A stretch of DNA of 32,376 nt from Anaerolineae bacterium (GTDB lineage: Bacteria > Chloroflexota > Anaerolineae > Aggregatilineales > UBA3940). The translations under genes were made by a program, and so were the position numbers. This document shows, in pieces, positions 16,147 through 28,136 of the stretch (within the stretch, counting starts at the first letter, position 1; each line of letters opens with the position of its first letter). Below the pieces are notes generated by a model. It saw only the letters and a program-made list of their open reading frames with translations, was not told the DNA's origin and did not search any database. The stretch is from assembly GCA_016926985.1 (NCBI GenBank), contig JAFGNO010000131.1, positions 1-32,376 on the forward strand, written 5' to 3'.

Positions 16147-18573
16147 CTACTCTGTCTCCTCATCGACCCGTTCATCGTCCCACTTACCAAACCTGGCAGT
16201 AATGAAGGAGCGATTCCGGCAAATGAAGACCCCTATTCCGCCAACAACCAGACCAATCGCCGCGCCTTTTATAATATTCAGAATAGTTCTGTTGCGGTCT
16301 TCATGCATAAGGGTCTCGACCTCTGCCTGAAGCTCACTGATCAGAAGCTCTTCTTCTGTTCCCAGCAGAATAGACTCTTCGGTATCCGTTCGGGAGAATC
16401 CATCATCCACATTGCTGGGAACCAGTTCAATATCCTGATGGCAATCCAGGCAACTGGTCACATTGACCCGGAAGTCGTGTCCGGTGGGTTTCTGCCCATC
16501 CGGGCGCTGTGTATAAGAGTCGGGATTCACATAGCCATGGCAGTCGCGGCAGACCAGGCCCGCCTCCACATGCGACTGGTGAGCAAAATCATCAAGCTGG
16601 TGGCTGTGGCAATTCAGGCACTGCGTGACCTGGTCTTCGAAGCGCAGGCCATTTGTATGGGCATAGTGGCAGCTTGTACAGGTCATACCTGCAACCTCAT
16701 GCAAACTGGCGCGGAACTCGGCTTCTGACACTGTGTGACAGTCTGCACAGGCGGTGATCGCATCATTCAGTCCGGCAGCCACAGCAGGATGGCCCTCAGG
16801 GACCTGTCCATGGCAGGCTTCACAGGCAACGCCTTCGGCATGGTAGCTTTCCAGCGCAGGGCTGTAACCAGTGGTATGGCAGTCCAGACAGTCAGGATCG
16901 TAATTGCGCTCTCCCCAGGATTCCTGGAACCCATTATTAGAATAGGCATGGGCATGAGGCGTTTCGACCCAGTCGTTGACTATAGCACTGTGGCACTCAA
17001 CACAGGTAGATGGAATCTGATCAATTGGATTGGAGGGCGCAGCAGATGGAGGCTCACCGGTCGGTTCTTCAGTCAGTTCTGGCTCCGGCTCCGCTGGAAC
17101 AGGCGGGAAGGTCGACAATACCTGGACCTCTTCAGAAGAGTAGCCAAGCGCGATAAAATCGAGCCGCCCGTTCTCAGTGTGGCAATCCATGCAGCCAAGG
17201 GCTTCCTCGGCAGGGGCCACCTGGTGGGTAATCGGCCAGTACATAACGCTTTCGATCTGCTCATACGAACCGCTGTATTCGACATCGCGCTGGGCCAGCC
17301 CTTCCTGCAAAGCCAGGTCCATATCCCATACTTTCCAGAAAGCTGTTGTATCATCCGCGTTGTAGGGAAACAGGTGAGGGATGCCAATGACGTTGTTCAC
17401 CGGGTCGTAGGGTTGGATACCGGTGAACACCTTGAAGGGCCATATCTTGCCATCTTCCCGGCTCCCAAGAATGGCATTTACTGTGAAATTGGTATCAGGG
17501 TCAACGCCCTCCTCAAACAGCGCATAGTCATATACGCCATTTGACCAGAAATACTCGGGCTGCACATCCATTTCCCAGGTGAATGACCCCTTGCGCGAGT
17601 CATAAACATGGACCTCAAAACCGTTGACCTCCTCGCTGACAATCCAGGGATATCCCCCTTCAGGATTGGGCTGTCCTGCTTGTGACCAGTCCCAGGTCAT
17701 CATTGACGGCGCACCGCGAGCAAACTCCGGAATATGGCAGGTCTGGCAGGCGATAAACCCTGCATGGGTATTCAAAGCAGCAACATCTGCATGTGGCTCT
17801 GCTGTGTGGCAGTTCTCACAGGTAGCCCCTTCGCCCGTATAAGCATCTGCCACATAGCGCCCACCGGAGATATTGTGGTTTTCGGTGATGTGGCAATCGG
17901 TGCAGGAGAAATCAAGTCCATCGGAACTCATGTGAACATCTTCCTCCCAGGCAGGATCAAGCAGAGACGTGTCCAGGTCGCCGTGTTTCACACCATCTCC
18001 CCCGCCGCCTGTGAAGTGACAGGAACCACAGGTCTGGCGGCTGGTTGCCCCGACATTTTGCGCCACATAAGCCAGGTCTACCGGCGGCCATTCCACGCCG
18101 CTCAGGATTATTGGCTCTCCCAGCACCGGGTTACCGGCTGCTGTGGGGAACTTGGCATAAGTGCCAGTTGTATCATGGCAGACCAGGCAGTCTATCAACT
18201 CCGGGTTCTCGAAATCGAACGTGTCATCACGCCAGCCATAGCCAATATGGCAGCTCGTGCAACGCGGTTCATTTGAGTCTATTGCAATGCAGTAGTTGTT
18301 GATGACATACCGTTTACCCACGGTCTCGCCAATCACCTCATTCTCATATTCCCAGGTCCAGTGGACAGTGCTCATAATATCGCTGGCGACATTGGCATGG
18401 CAGGTCAGACAGGCCGCAGTCACCTCAGGGCCAGATTCAAATGGCCCTTCTAACAACGTAAAAGTTGAGTGATCCATCCCCTGCTGGGCAACAGCCTCAT
18501 CTTGCGTAAGCAAAATCAGGCCCAGCGCAGCGCTCAGTGAAATCACTATTGCGACAACATGCGTACGTTTCAT
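16147..18573 (-). CDS. 16-heme cytochrome c: octaheme tetrathionate reductase (OTR)-family domain, Pro/Glu linker, second 8-heme domain, C-terminal TM anchor
   Basis: 16 CxxCH motifs counted (8+8); OTR signatures HWTW, GK..INNYC, CTSCHIGYGW, GGGDGVKHGD, WDWSQAG, PITHQVAP; N-terminal Sec signal. Confidence 0.88.
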   Translation of the reverse strand: MKRTHVVAIVISLSAALGLILLTQDEAVAQQGMDHSTFTLLEGPFESGPEVTAACLTCHANVASDIMSTVHWTWEYENEVIGETVGKRYVINNYCIAIDSNEPRCTSCHIGYGWRDDTFDFENPELIDCLVCHDTTGTYAKFPTAAGNPVLGEPIILSGVEWPPVDLAYVAQNVGATSRQTCGSCHFTGGGGDGVKHGDLDTSLLDPAWEEDVHMSSDGLDFSCTDCHITENHNISGGRYVADAYTGEGATCENCHTAEPHADVAALNTHAGFIACQTCHIPEFARGAPSMMTWDWSQAGQPNPEGGYPWIVSEEVNGFEVHVYDSRKGSFTWEMDVQPEYFWSNGVYDYALFEEGVDPDTNFTVNAILGSREDGKIWPFKVFTGIQPYDPVNNVIGIPHLFPYNADDTTAFWKVWDMDLALQEGLAQRDVEYSGSYEQIESVMYWPITHQVAPAEEALGCMDCHTENGRLDFIALGYSSEEVQVLSTFPPVPAEPEPELTEEPTGEPPSAAPSNPIDQIPSTCVECHSAIVNDWVETPHAHAYSNNGFQESWGERNYDPDCLDCHTTGYSPALESYHAEGVACEACHGQVPEGHPAVAAGLNDAITACADCHTVSEAEFRASLHEVAGMTCTSCHYAHTNGLRFEDQVTQCLNCHSHQLDDFAHQSHVEAGLVCRDCHGYVNPDSYTQRPDGQKPTGHDFRVNVTSCLDCHQDIELVPSNVDDGFSRTDTEESILLGTEEELLISELQAEVETLMHEDRNRTILNIIKGAAIGLVVGGIGVFICRNRSFITARFGKWDDERVDEETE

Positions 18574-18750
18574 AATGGTTTATCCTGCGCAAAGTATATT
18601 GATTTAACTCGACCGTGATACAAGTATCTGTAAGGCTCAACAAATCAGCCAGTGCCAGGCACGGTTACCTGTTAACAATGATATGATCTTCTCTCTGGCC
18701 ATCGCAGTGTCATACATCACGCCCCCTCAGCCAATCAGCGCAATAACAGG

Positions 18751-18764
18751 ATGACATTTGTCAT
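18751..18764. promoter_or_regulatory. Palindromic candidate operator in the divergent cytochrome/rpoB intergenic region
   Basis: ATGACA-TT-TGTCAT perfect inverted repeat, next to a minus-strand TACAAT -10-like hexamer. Confidence 0.45.
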
Positions 18765-18856
18765 ATTGTATACAGATTTTCCATAACAGGAAGTTGTCCG
18801 GGCAAGAGCATGAGCAGAAAAGGGTAATAAATAAAGGGGGAAAGGGGGAAAAATAT

Positions 18857-18885
18857 TTGGAGTTGGCATGATTTTATGGTATGAT
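18857..18885 (+). promoter_or_regulatory. Sigma70-type promoter of rpoB
   Basis: TTGGAG, 17-nt spacer, TATGAT, with an extended -10 TG (TGgTATGAT). Confidence 0.6.
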
Positions 18886-19020
18886 ATCAGGTCTGATGAA
18901 CCGAGAGGTCGTGAGATGACAGGCAACCCAACTCAGGCAAAAGCCGGGAAGGCGGGTGCCTTATTTTGTGTTGTCTGGCAGATTGTGCCATAACAACGTT
19001 CGCGTTTGAGGAGATGTTGA

Positions 19021-22950
<3,930 letters not shown>

Positions 22951-22967
22951 TAATCTGACCGGCGATT

Positions 22968-23008
22968 ACAGGGCACCGCAGCACAGTTTCTGCGGTGCCC
23001 TGTTTGTT
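22968..23008 (+). terminator. Intrinsic terminator after rpoB
   Basis: 14-bp stem ACAGGGCACCGCAG / CTGCGGTGCCCTGT followed by TTGTT. Confidence 0.85.
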
Positions 23009-23010
23009 GA

Positions 23011-23039
23011 TTGCCCTGAATCCTCGCTTTATTTATACT
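23011..23039 (+). promoter_or_regulatory. Candidate sigma70 promoter for the zinc-ribbon gene
   Basis: TTGCCC, 17-nt spacer, TATACT. Confidence 0.5.
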
Positions 23040-23077
23040 GCCATAGAATATTATGATGGAAGCTGAGAGGAAATGAC

Positions 23078-23668
23078 ATGCAAAGACGCACGTTTCGAGG
23101 CCCCATTACCGCCAGAGGACTGGCCCAGGCATTGATAACCCGGTTTAATACCGGGCATCTTGAGGCGCTTGCAAATGGGGCAGAGGACCACGTTGTAGTC
23201 CAGATTGTCGCCCGTGATCGCAGATGGAGACAATCCGGGAGAGCAGCACTCACGATCAGCATAATCCAGCAGAACGAGGCTGTCGAAGTCTCCCTGGGAG
23301 AGCACCAGTGGCTTGGCCCGGCTGCGGACCTTCTCCAGACCGGACTGCGCGGCTGGTTTCGTCCTATGACCCTGCTTGGGGAACTGACGGATATCGCTGA
23401 CGATCTGCATACACTGCAGCTTCCTGAACAGGTATGGGAAGCGGTTGAGCATTATGCGGAAAGTGTCAACGCAAAGCTGGGACTTGCAGAGGAAGACCGG
23501 CTGGTTGCCTGCCCTTACTGCGGTGTGGGCAACCCGGTCGGTGAAGGGCAGTGTTCAGCCTGCGGGGCAGGGTTATCGGAGGTTCAGCCAATAGCCTGCC
23601 CGTCATGCGGTAAGATTTCACCGCGATCTGCCCGTTATTGCAGCCGCTGCGGGACTGTACTGAACTGA
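23078..23668 (+). CDS. Double zinc-ribbon domain protein
   Basis: C-terminal CPYC, CSAC, CPSC, CSRC; GAGG RBS. Confidence 0.85.
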   Translation: MQRRTFRGPITARGLAQALITRFNTGHLEALANGAEDHVVVQIVARDRRWRQSGRAALTISIIQQNEAVEVSLGEHQWLGPAADLLQTGLRGWFRPMTLLGELTDIADDLHTLQLPEQVWEAVEHYAESVNAKLGLAEEDRLVACPYCGVGNPVGEGQCSACGAGLSEVQPIACPSCGKISPRSARYCSRCGTVLN

Positions 23669-23685
23669 GGGACAGCCACCAGCGC

Positions 23686-24828
23686 TCAGTGCGACAGATT
23701 CAGCCGTTCAGTAACTGCCATAATGGCATCAGTCGCTGCCCCCTGAACCGCACCAACCGTCCTGCGGGCCAGGTATTTTGCCCTCGCCAGAATAAACAAC
23801 TCATCAGTCAGAGAGACAGATACTGAGTCGTCCGCTCCACCCAGATGCACTACGGCTGATGCCCAGGTCAACCCGGCGCCAAATCCGACCAAACCAAGTA
23901 TATCACCTGGTTTGCAGCGCCCCTCTTCGATAGCTTCACAAAGCGCAACCGGTATTGATGCAGCAGATGTGTTTCCATAGCGCTGGATATTCATATAGAA
24001 GCGGTCTTCAGGGACATGCATCAGGCGCGCAGCCGCCTCCACTATGCGATGGTTGGCCTGATGGGGAATGAAGAGGTCGATCTCCTGTGCTGACATCCCT
24101 GCCTCAGCCAGAACACGGTTCAGCGAGCGCCCCAAAGTCCGGGCTGCAAATTTGAATATCTCCGGGCCATTCATCCTGAGGTAGTGTTCGCCTTTTTCAA
24201 TCGTCTCGTGCGTGATGGGCCTGGCCACACCGATACCCGGCACTATCAGGTGCTCAGCCCCAGAGCCATCCGAGCCAAGCTCAAATGACAGCACACCGGT
24301 GGGTGTTGTAGAACGCTGCATGATCACCGCTCCAGCCGCATCCCCAAACAAAACACAGGTTGTGCGATCCGACCAGTCAACATTGCGGCTAATGGTTTCC
24401 GCGCCTACAACCAAAATGGTTTCGTATGCGCCACTCTGAATAAACTGCTGGGCAACAACTAATCCGTATACCCAACCGGTGCAGCCTGCTACCAGCGTGA
24501 AAGCGCCGCAGCGGGCACCCAGCATATCCTGGACCAAGCTGGATACCGGCGGAACAACGTGGTCGGGTGTCGAGGTGGCAATAATAATCAGGTCAAGATC
24601 AGACTCCGAGATACCAGCAACCCGCATAGCTTCCCTTGCTGCGCCAACAGACATGGTCGCAGTTGTTTCCCCTGGCCCGGCAATCCGGCGTTCAACAATG
24701 CCGGTCCGAGTCCGGATCCACTCGTCGCTGGTTTCCACCATCTGCTCAAGCTCAAAATTGTCCACAACCCGCCGGGGAACACATTTCCCCCAGCCCGTTA
24801 TCCGACCGTAATATTGTGGTGACATCAC
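23686..24828 (-). CDS. fabH: 3-oxoacyl-ACP synthase III (FabH family) with a ~50-aa C-terminal extension
   Basis: ETSDEWIRTRTGI, catalytic triad AGC / PHQAN / GNTSAAS, LFGDAAGA, GFGAGLTW. Confidence 0.92.
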   Translation of the reverse strand: MMSPQYYGRITGWGKCVPRRVVDNFELEQMVETSDEWIRTRTGIVERRIAGPGETTATMSVGAAREAMRVAGISESDLDLIIIATSTPDHVVPPVSSLVQDMLGARCGAFTLVAGCTGWVYGLVVAQQFIQSGAYETILVVGAETISRNVDWSDRTTCVLFGDAAGAVIMQRSTTPTGVLSFELGSDGSGAEHLIVPGIGVARPITHETIEKGEHYLRMNGPEIFKFAARTLGRSLNRVLAEAGMSAQEIDLFIPHQANHRIVEAAARLMHVPEDRFYMNIQRYGNTSAASIPVALCEAIEEGRCKPGDILGLVGFGAGLTWASAVVHLGGADDSVSVSLTDELFILARAKYLARRTVGAVQGAATDAIMAVTERLNLSH

Positions 24829-24886
24829 TCCCCCTCACCAGGCAGCAAACAACAACCCGGGCACGATAGACACAGGTATTATGTTA

Positions 24887-25318
24887 CTAAGCTGAGGCTA
24901 AACGGCGTTTCCTACCAGCAAGAAATGTAAACAGCAGGATCAGGGAACCGGTGAACCGGAAGATCACCAGCACCAGGGCCGCTAATGACAGGGCCCATCC
25001 CACTAACTGAGGCAGCTTTGTGGAGCGGTATCCGAGGGAAGGCCAGGGTCTCCGGCGCCATGCCGGACGCTCCTGTATTTGTGCCAGCCGGGTGCGAAGA
25101 TCCTCAACAAATTCCTCTGATGGCTCGGTTGGAACTAAGGTATAGTACAGTCGGCGTGTCAACCCCATCAGCGACTCAAGCTCAGGGTGAGTCTGCCCGT
25201 ACTTATCTATCAGATCTGCATCTGCCGGTTCTCCGCCCATGATAACCGCCGCAGCATGCTGATCCAGGATTGTGGCCAGTTCTTCTTTATGTTCGCGCCT
25301 CTTCAATTTTCTGAACAT
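24887..25318 (-). CDS. Small membrane protein, candidate anti-sigma factor
   Basis: Downstream of the ECF sigma; helical N-terminus with PSEEFVEDLRTRL and a C-terminal hydrophobic segment. Likely start is the ATG at 25318. Confidence 0.65.
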   Translation of the reverse strand: MFRKLKRREHKEELATILDQHAAAVIMGGEPADADLIDKYGQTHPELESLMGLTRRLYYTLVPTEPSEEFVEDLRTRLAQIQERPAWRRRPWPSLGYRSTKLPQLVGWALSLAALVLVIFRFTGSLILLFTFLAGRKRRLASA

Positions 25319-25359
25319 ACCCCACTCAAGTTTTATTGGCGATGCCAATTCTTAACCAT

Positions 25360-25385
25360 AAAAACCCCCTGACAGTCAGAGAGTT
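25360..25385 (-). terminator. Terminator-like hairpin between the ECF sigma and the downstream gene
   Basis: Minus strand AACTCTCTGA-CTG-TCAGGGGGTT followed by TTTAT. Confidence 0.45.
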
Positions 25386-25422
25386 ACTCAATTGTGCCTT
25401 GGAATTTCATGGATCTTCAGGG

Positions 25423-26043
25423 TCAACTGCGGTCGAAACCCAGATGTTTGAGAACATCCGACCGGCGTTTCTGCCCTTTTTGTATGCGGTTCAACTCGGC
25501 TCGCAGAGCAATCAGGGTGCGATGGTAGAGGGATTTGATCGCCCCTTCGCTGCGTCCCATAATCTCACCAATTTCAGCATTGGACATCCGCTCAATATAC
25601 TTCAAAATGAGCATTTGCTGGCGGTCTTCGGGCAGGTTTCGGATGGCTTGAAGTAATTCCTCATGCTCTTCACGCTGTTGAGTGACAAATTCTGGGGCCT
25701 CGCTGCTTTTGGCGGTAATGACCAGATCTTCAATTGGCACAATCTGCCGACGTTTTCGGTCTCTGTGGTAGTTTACAACCAGGTTGTGAGCAATCCGATA
25801 AAGCCAGGCTGAAAAGGGAACGCCACGATCCTCATAACCTGATATATGCCGCATGGCACGCTGAAAAACCCGGGATGTCAAGTCTTCTGCATCGTATTTG
25901 TTACCTGTCCGGTAGTAGATGTAGTTATATATGCGGTCTATATAGCGCTCATAGATCACGCCAAACGCACGCTGGTCGGTTTTAGCGAGCCGAACCAATT
26001 CAGCATCATCAAGATGGTCAAGAGAATGAGACACGTCGGTCAA
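25423..26043 (-). CDS. ECF-family RNA polymerase sigma-70 factor
   Basis: Region 2 DAEDLTSRVF..FSAWLYRIAHN; region 4 LPEDRQQMLIL..SNAEIGEIMGRSEGAIKSLYHR; TTG start. Confidence 0.93.
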   Translation of the reverse strand: MTDVSHSLDHLDDAELVRLAKTDQRAFGVIYERYIDRIYNYIYYRTGNKYDAEDLTSRVFQRAMRHISGYEDRGVPFSAWLYRIAHNLVVNYHRDRKRRQIVPIEDLVITAKSSEAPEFVTQQREEHEELLQAIRNLPEDRQQMLILKYIERMSNAEIGEIMGRSEGAIKSLYHRTLIALRAELNRIQKGQKRRSDVLKHLGFDRS

Positions 26044-26148
26044 TCGAGAGTCCTGATTTGAAAGCTAAGGGCTTACCATGTTGGAGTATACCAGTGCCCT
26101 GTACTGCGGGCAATGAAGTACCATGCCCGTATTCGCAGGTTCAAAACG

Positions 26149-26177
26149 TGGACGGCAGCCCTGAATTCGCGTATAAT
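26149..26177 (+). promoter_or_regulatory. Promoter of ssrA
   Basis: TGGACG, 17-nt spacer, TATAAT, ending 11 nt upstream of the mature tmRNA 5' end. Confidence 0.7.
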
Positions 26178-26188
26178 ATAGATAGTTC

Positions 26189-26573
26189 GGGGCCGTAATG
26201 GTTTCGACAGGGAGGGGTGTGAACTCACTGCGAGCCGGGGAAGCATCGCCCCGTTAACAAGATGCAACACAAATAACTGCCAACGAGCAGACACCCGCTC
26301 TCGCAATGGCTGCATAACAGCCATTAGAGAGCCGGTTCCCTGAGGGGAACCACGTCCGCCTGACTTTGCCCGGACCGGGTCAGATTGCGGGCGTCATGAA
26401 GGCCCGGGTGCAGTTCTGTATGACGCTGGCCAGAGCCTAAGACCAAACAGCGCCTAGCCTGAACCGAGCCTGTCGGACGGCGTTGGGGACGGCGAAGATC
26501 CAATAGCCCGACTACGCTCGTAGACGTGGGGAATCTATCTTTCTGGACGGGAGTTCGACTCTCCCCGGCTCCA
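26189..26573 (+). ncRNA. ssrA: tmRNA; tag ORF 26279-26317 encodes (A)ANEQTPALAMAA; CCA not encoded
   Basis: 5' GGGGCCG-TAATGGTTTCGAC; 3' T-arm GGGAG-TTCGACT-CTCCC then CGGCTCC-A with the G3:U70 Ala identity pair; ATAACT before the GCC resume codon; tag ends in AA-stop. Confidence 0.97.
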
Positions 26574-26579
26574 TGCCTT

Positions 26580-26612
26580 GGCAAAAACTGCTCATTTCGA
26601 GCAGTTTTTGCC
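26580..26612. terminator. Bidirectional intrinsic terminator between ssrA and the convergent methyltransferase operon
   Basis: GGCAAAAACTGCTC-ATTTC-GAGCAGTTTTTGCC perfect 14-bp stem with A/T tracts in both arms. Confidence 0.88.
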
Positions 26613-26615
26613 TTA

Positions 26616-27512
26616 TTACGAACCTGTTCGGCGGCGGGTTCGCCGTTCCCGGCGGCGGCCATCGTGTTCTTCGCCGCTGCGGTTTGCAGCCAGCCAACTG
26701 GCACAGTTCTCGTCACGCCCCATCATCACATCTGCTGCAAGGATGGTCATTCTGATATCCTCTTCAAGCGGGTTGGCAATCGCGCAGGGCATCCCTAATG
26801 CAATTGCCATCGCCAGAAAGGTGGCGTTCAGCCGGATGCGCCCGGGCAGGCCAAATGACACATTGCTGGCCCCGCAAACAGTGTTCACGCCCAGTTCATC
26901 CCGGCAGCGACCGACCAGTTTAAAAACCGCTCTACCGGCCATAGGGACGGCACCAACAGGCATAACGAGCGGATCGACCAGCACATTTTCGCGGGAAATA
27001 CCGTGATCTTCAGCCCGTCGCACGATTTTCCTGGCGATCTCAAACCGCATATCAGGGTCCTCTGAAATGCCGGTTTCGTCGTTGCAGATTGCGATGACAG
27101 CAGCGCCGTATTTTTTTATCAGCGGCAAAACTGCCTCCAGCCGTTCTTCTTCCCCCGTAACCGAGTTGACAAGCGCTTTCCCTTCATAGGCCTCCAGACC
27201 AGACTGCAAAGCAGCGATGATTGAGGAGTCGATTGAAAGTGGGACATCAGTCACCGCCTGCACCCGCCTGACAGCTTCAGCAAGAATGGCAGGCTCATCG
27301 GCAAGAGGAATGCCTGCGTTGACATCCAGCATCTGCGCCCCGGCGCTGACCTGAGCTGCCGCATCCGACTCCACCCGGCTGTAGTCTCCCGCCGCCATCT
27401 CAGCGGCCAGCATCTTCCGCCCGGTTGGGTTAATCCGTTCCCCAATGATGACAAAAGGATGGTCTGGGCCAATCACAACAATTTTAGTCTTCGAGCTCAA
27501 AGTTGTCTTCAT
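26616..27512 (-). CDS. Pterin-binding methyltetrahydrofolate:corrinoid methyltransferase (MeTr/AcsE-like; stand-alone MetH folate domain)
   Basis: IIGERINPTGRK, LDVNAG, PLSIDSS, LVNSVTGE, LVDPLV, GASNVSFGLPGR. Confidence 0.9.
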   Translation of the reverse strand: MKTTLSSKTKIVVIGPDHPFVIIGERINPTGRKMLAAEMAAGDYSRVESDAAAQVSAGAQMLDVNAGIPLADEPAILAEAVRRVQAVTDVPLSIDSSIIAALQSGLEAYEGKALVNSVTGEEERLEAVLPLIKKYGAAVIAICNDETGISEDPDMRFEIARKIVRRAEDHGISRENVLVDPLVMPVGAVPMAGRAVFKLVGRCRDELGVNTVCGASNVSFGLPGRIRLNATFLAMAIALGMPCAIANPLEEDIRMTILAADVMMGRDENCASWLAANRSGEEHDGRRRERRTRRRTGS

Positions 27513-27515
27513 AAC

Positions 27516-28124
27516 CTAGTCTCCAATGCGGCTCTTATCGCTGCATTTCATCAAATTGACAAGTCGCGTCTCTAGTGTGCCGTATCCGGTATCCCACACC
27601 TCAAAATCAAGCTCCAACTGCGCTGCCGCCCTGGATGCTTTTGCCAACAGGCTGGGATCATCAGTCTGCTTCAGGTAAACGACCCGTCTGTAATTTGCAA
27701 AGTAAGTATCCCTGAGCTCCGGGGCCCGGTCCAATCCGAGTCCTTCAATAACAAGGTGATCGAATGAGCGAACCAGGAAGTCTGTGAGAAAAAACGTGCC
27801 CGGCTCATCGACCATGGCCGCCTCAAACGCGTCTTTGCCAAGATACTGCTCATAACAGTGCGGGCCGCTGATCCGCTCAACAGACAGGGAATCCAACATA
27901 TCATCCAGGGCGCCGGCTGTACCGCAGTCGCCATAAATAACAATCGTATGCTCATACCGATCGGCGGTATCCACAATACGCTTCCTGACAGCCTCCGGTA
28001 TGCGGGAGGGATCGTTATGCAAAAGCGCGGGGACTGCCAGCACTTCTGCATCCCAGCCATATCGATTCCGTATGGCGATCACCTCGCGGGCAAGTGCCCC
28101 ACAGGTAAGCAGCAGAACTGTCAC
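27516..28124 (-). CDS. DUF1638-family protein (associated with corrinoid enzymes)
   Basis: CGALARE, LHNDP, YGDCGT, GPHCYE, FFLTDFL motifs; operon context. Confidence 0.82.
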   Translation of the reverse strand: MTVLLLTCGALAREVIAIRNRYGWDAEVLAVPALLHNDPSRIPEAVRKRIVDTADRYEHTIVIYGDCGTAGALDDMLDSLSVERISGPHCYEQYLGKDAFEAAMVDEPGTFFLTDFLVRSFDHLVIEGLGLDRAPELRDTYFANYRRVVYLKQTDDPSLLAKASRAAAQLELDFEVWDTGYGTLETRLVNLMKCSDKSRIGD

Positions 28125-28136
28125 CGAACTGGCATC

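Noticed and set aside
18893-18920. Hammerhead ribozyme suggested by CTGATGA plus a short stem
   Set aside because: The required GAAA core after stem II is missing (the sequence reads CGTGAG), and there is no stem I/III arrangement
18921-18961. SAM-I or c-di-GMP riboswitch suggested by GGCAACC...GGTGCC and GGCAAA
   Set aside because: It lacks the AUC..GAG P1/P2 kink-turn elements of SAM-I and the second GEMM hairpin, and the rpoB context does not fit; kept only as an unassigned leader
26073-26798. Short ORFs at 26073-26324, 26324-26716, 26512-26697 and 26526-26798
   Set aside because: They overlap the tmRNA and its terminator and are spurious
26616-27512. Dihydropteroate synthase (folP) call
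   Set aside because: GERIN and SNVSFGLP motifs plus the RACo/DUF1638/Hcy-methyltransferase context indicate a methyl-THF-binding methyltransferase
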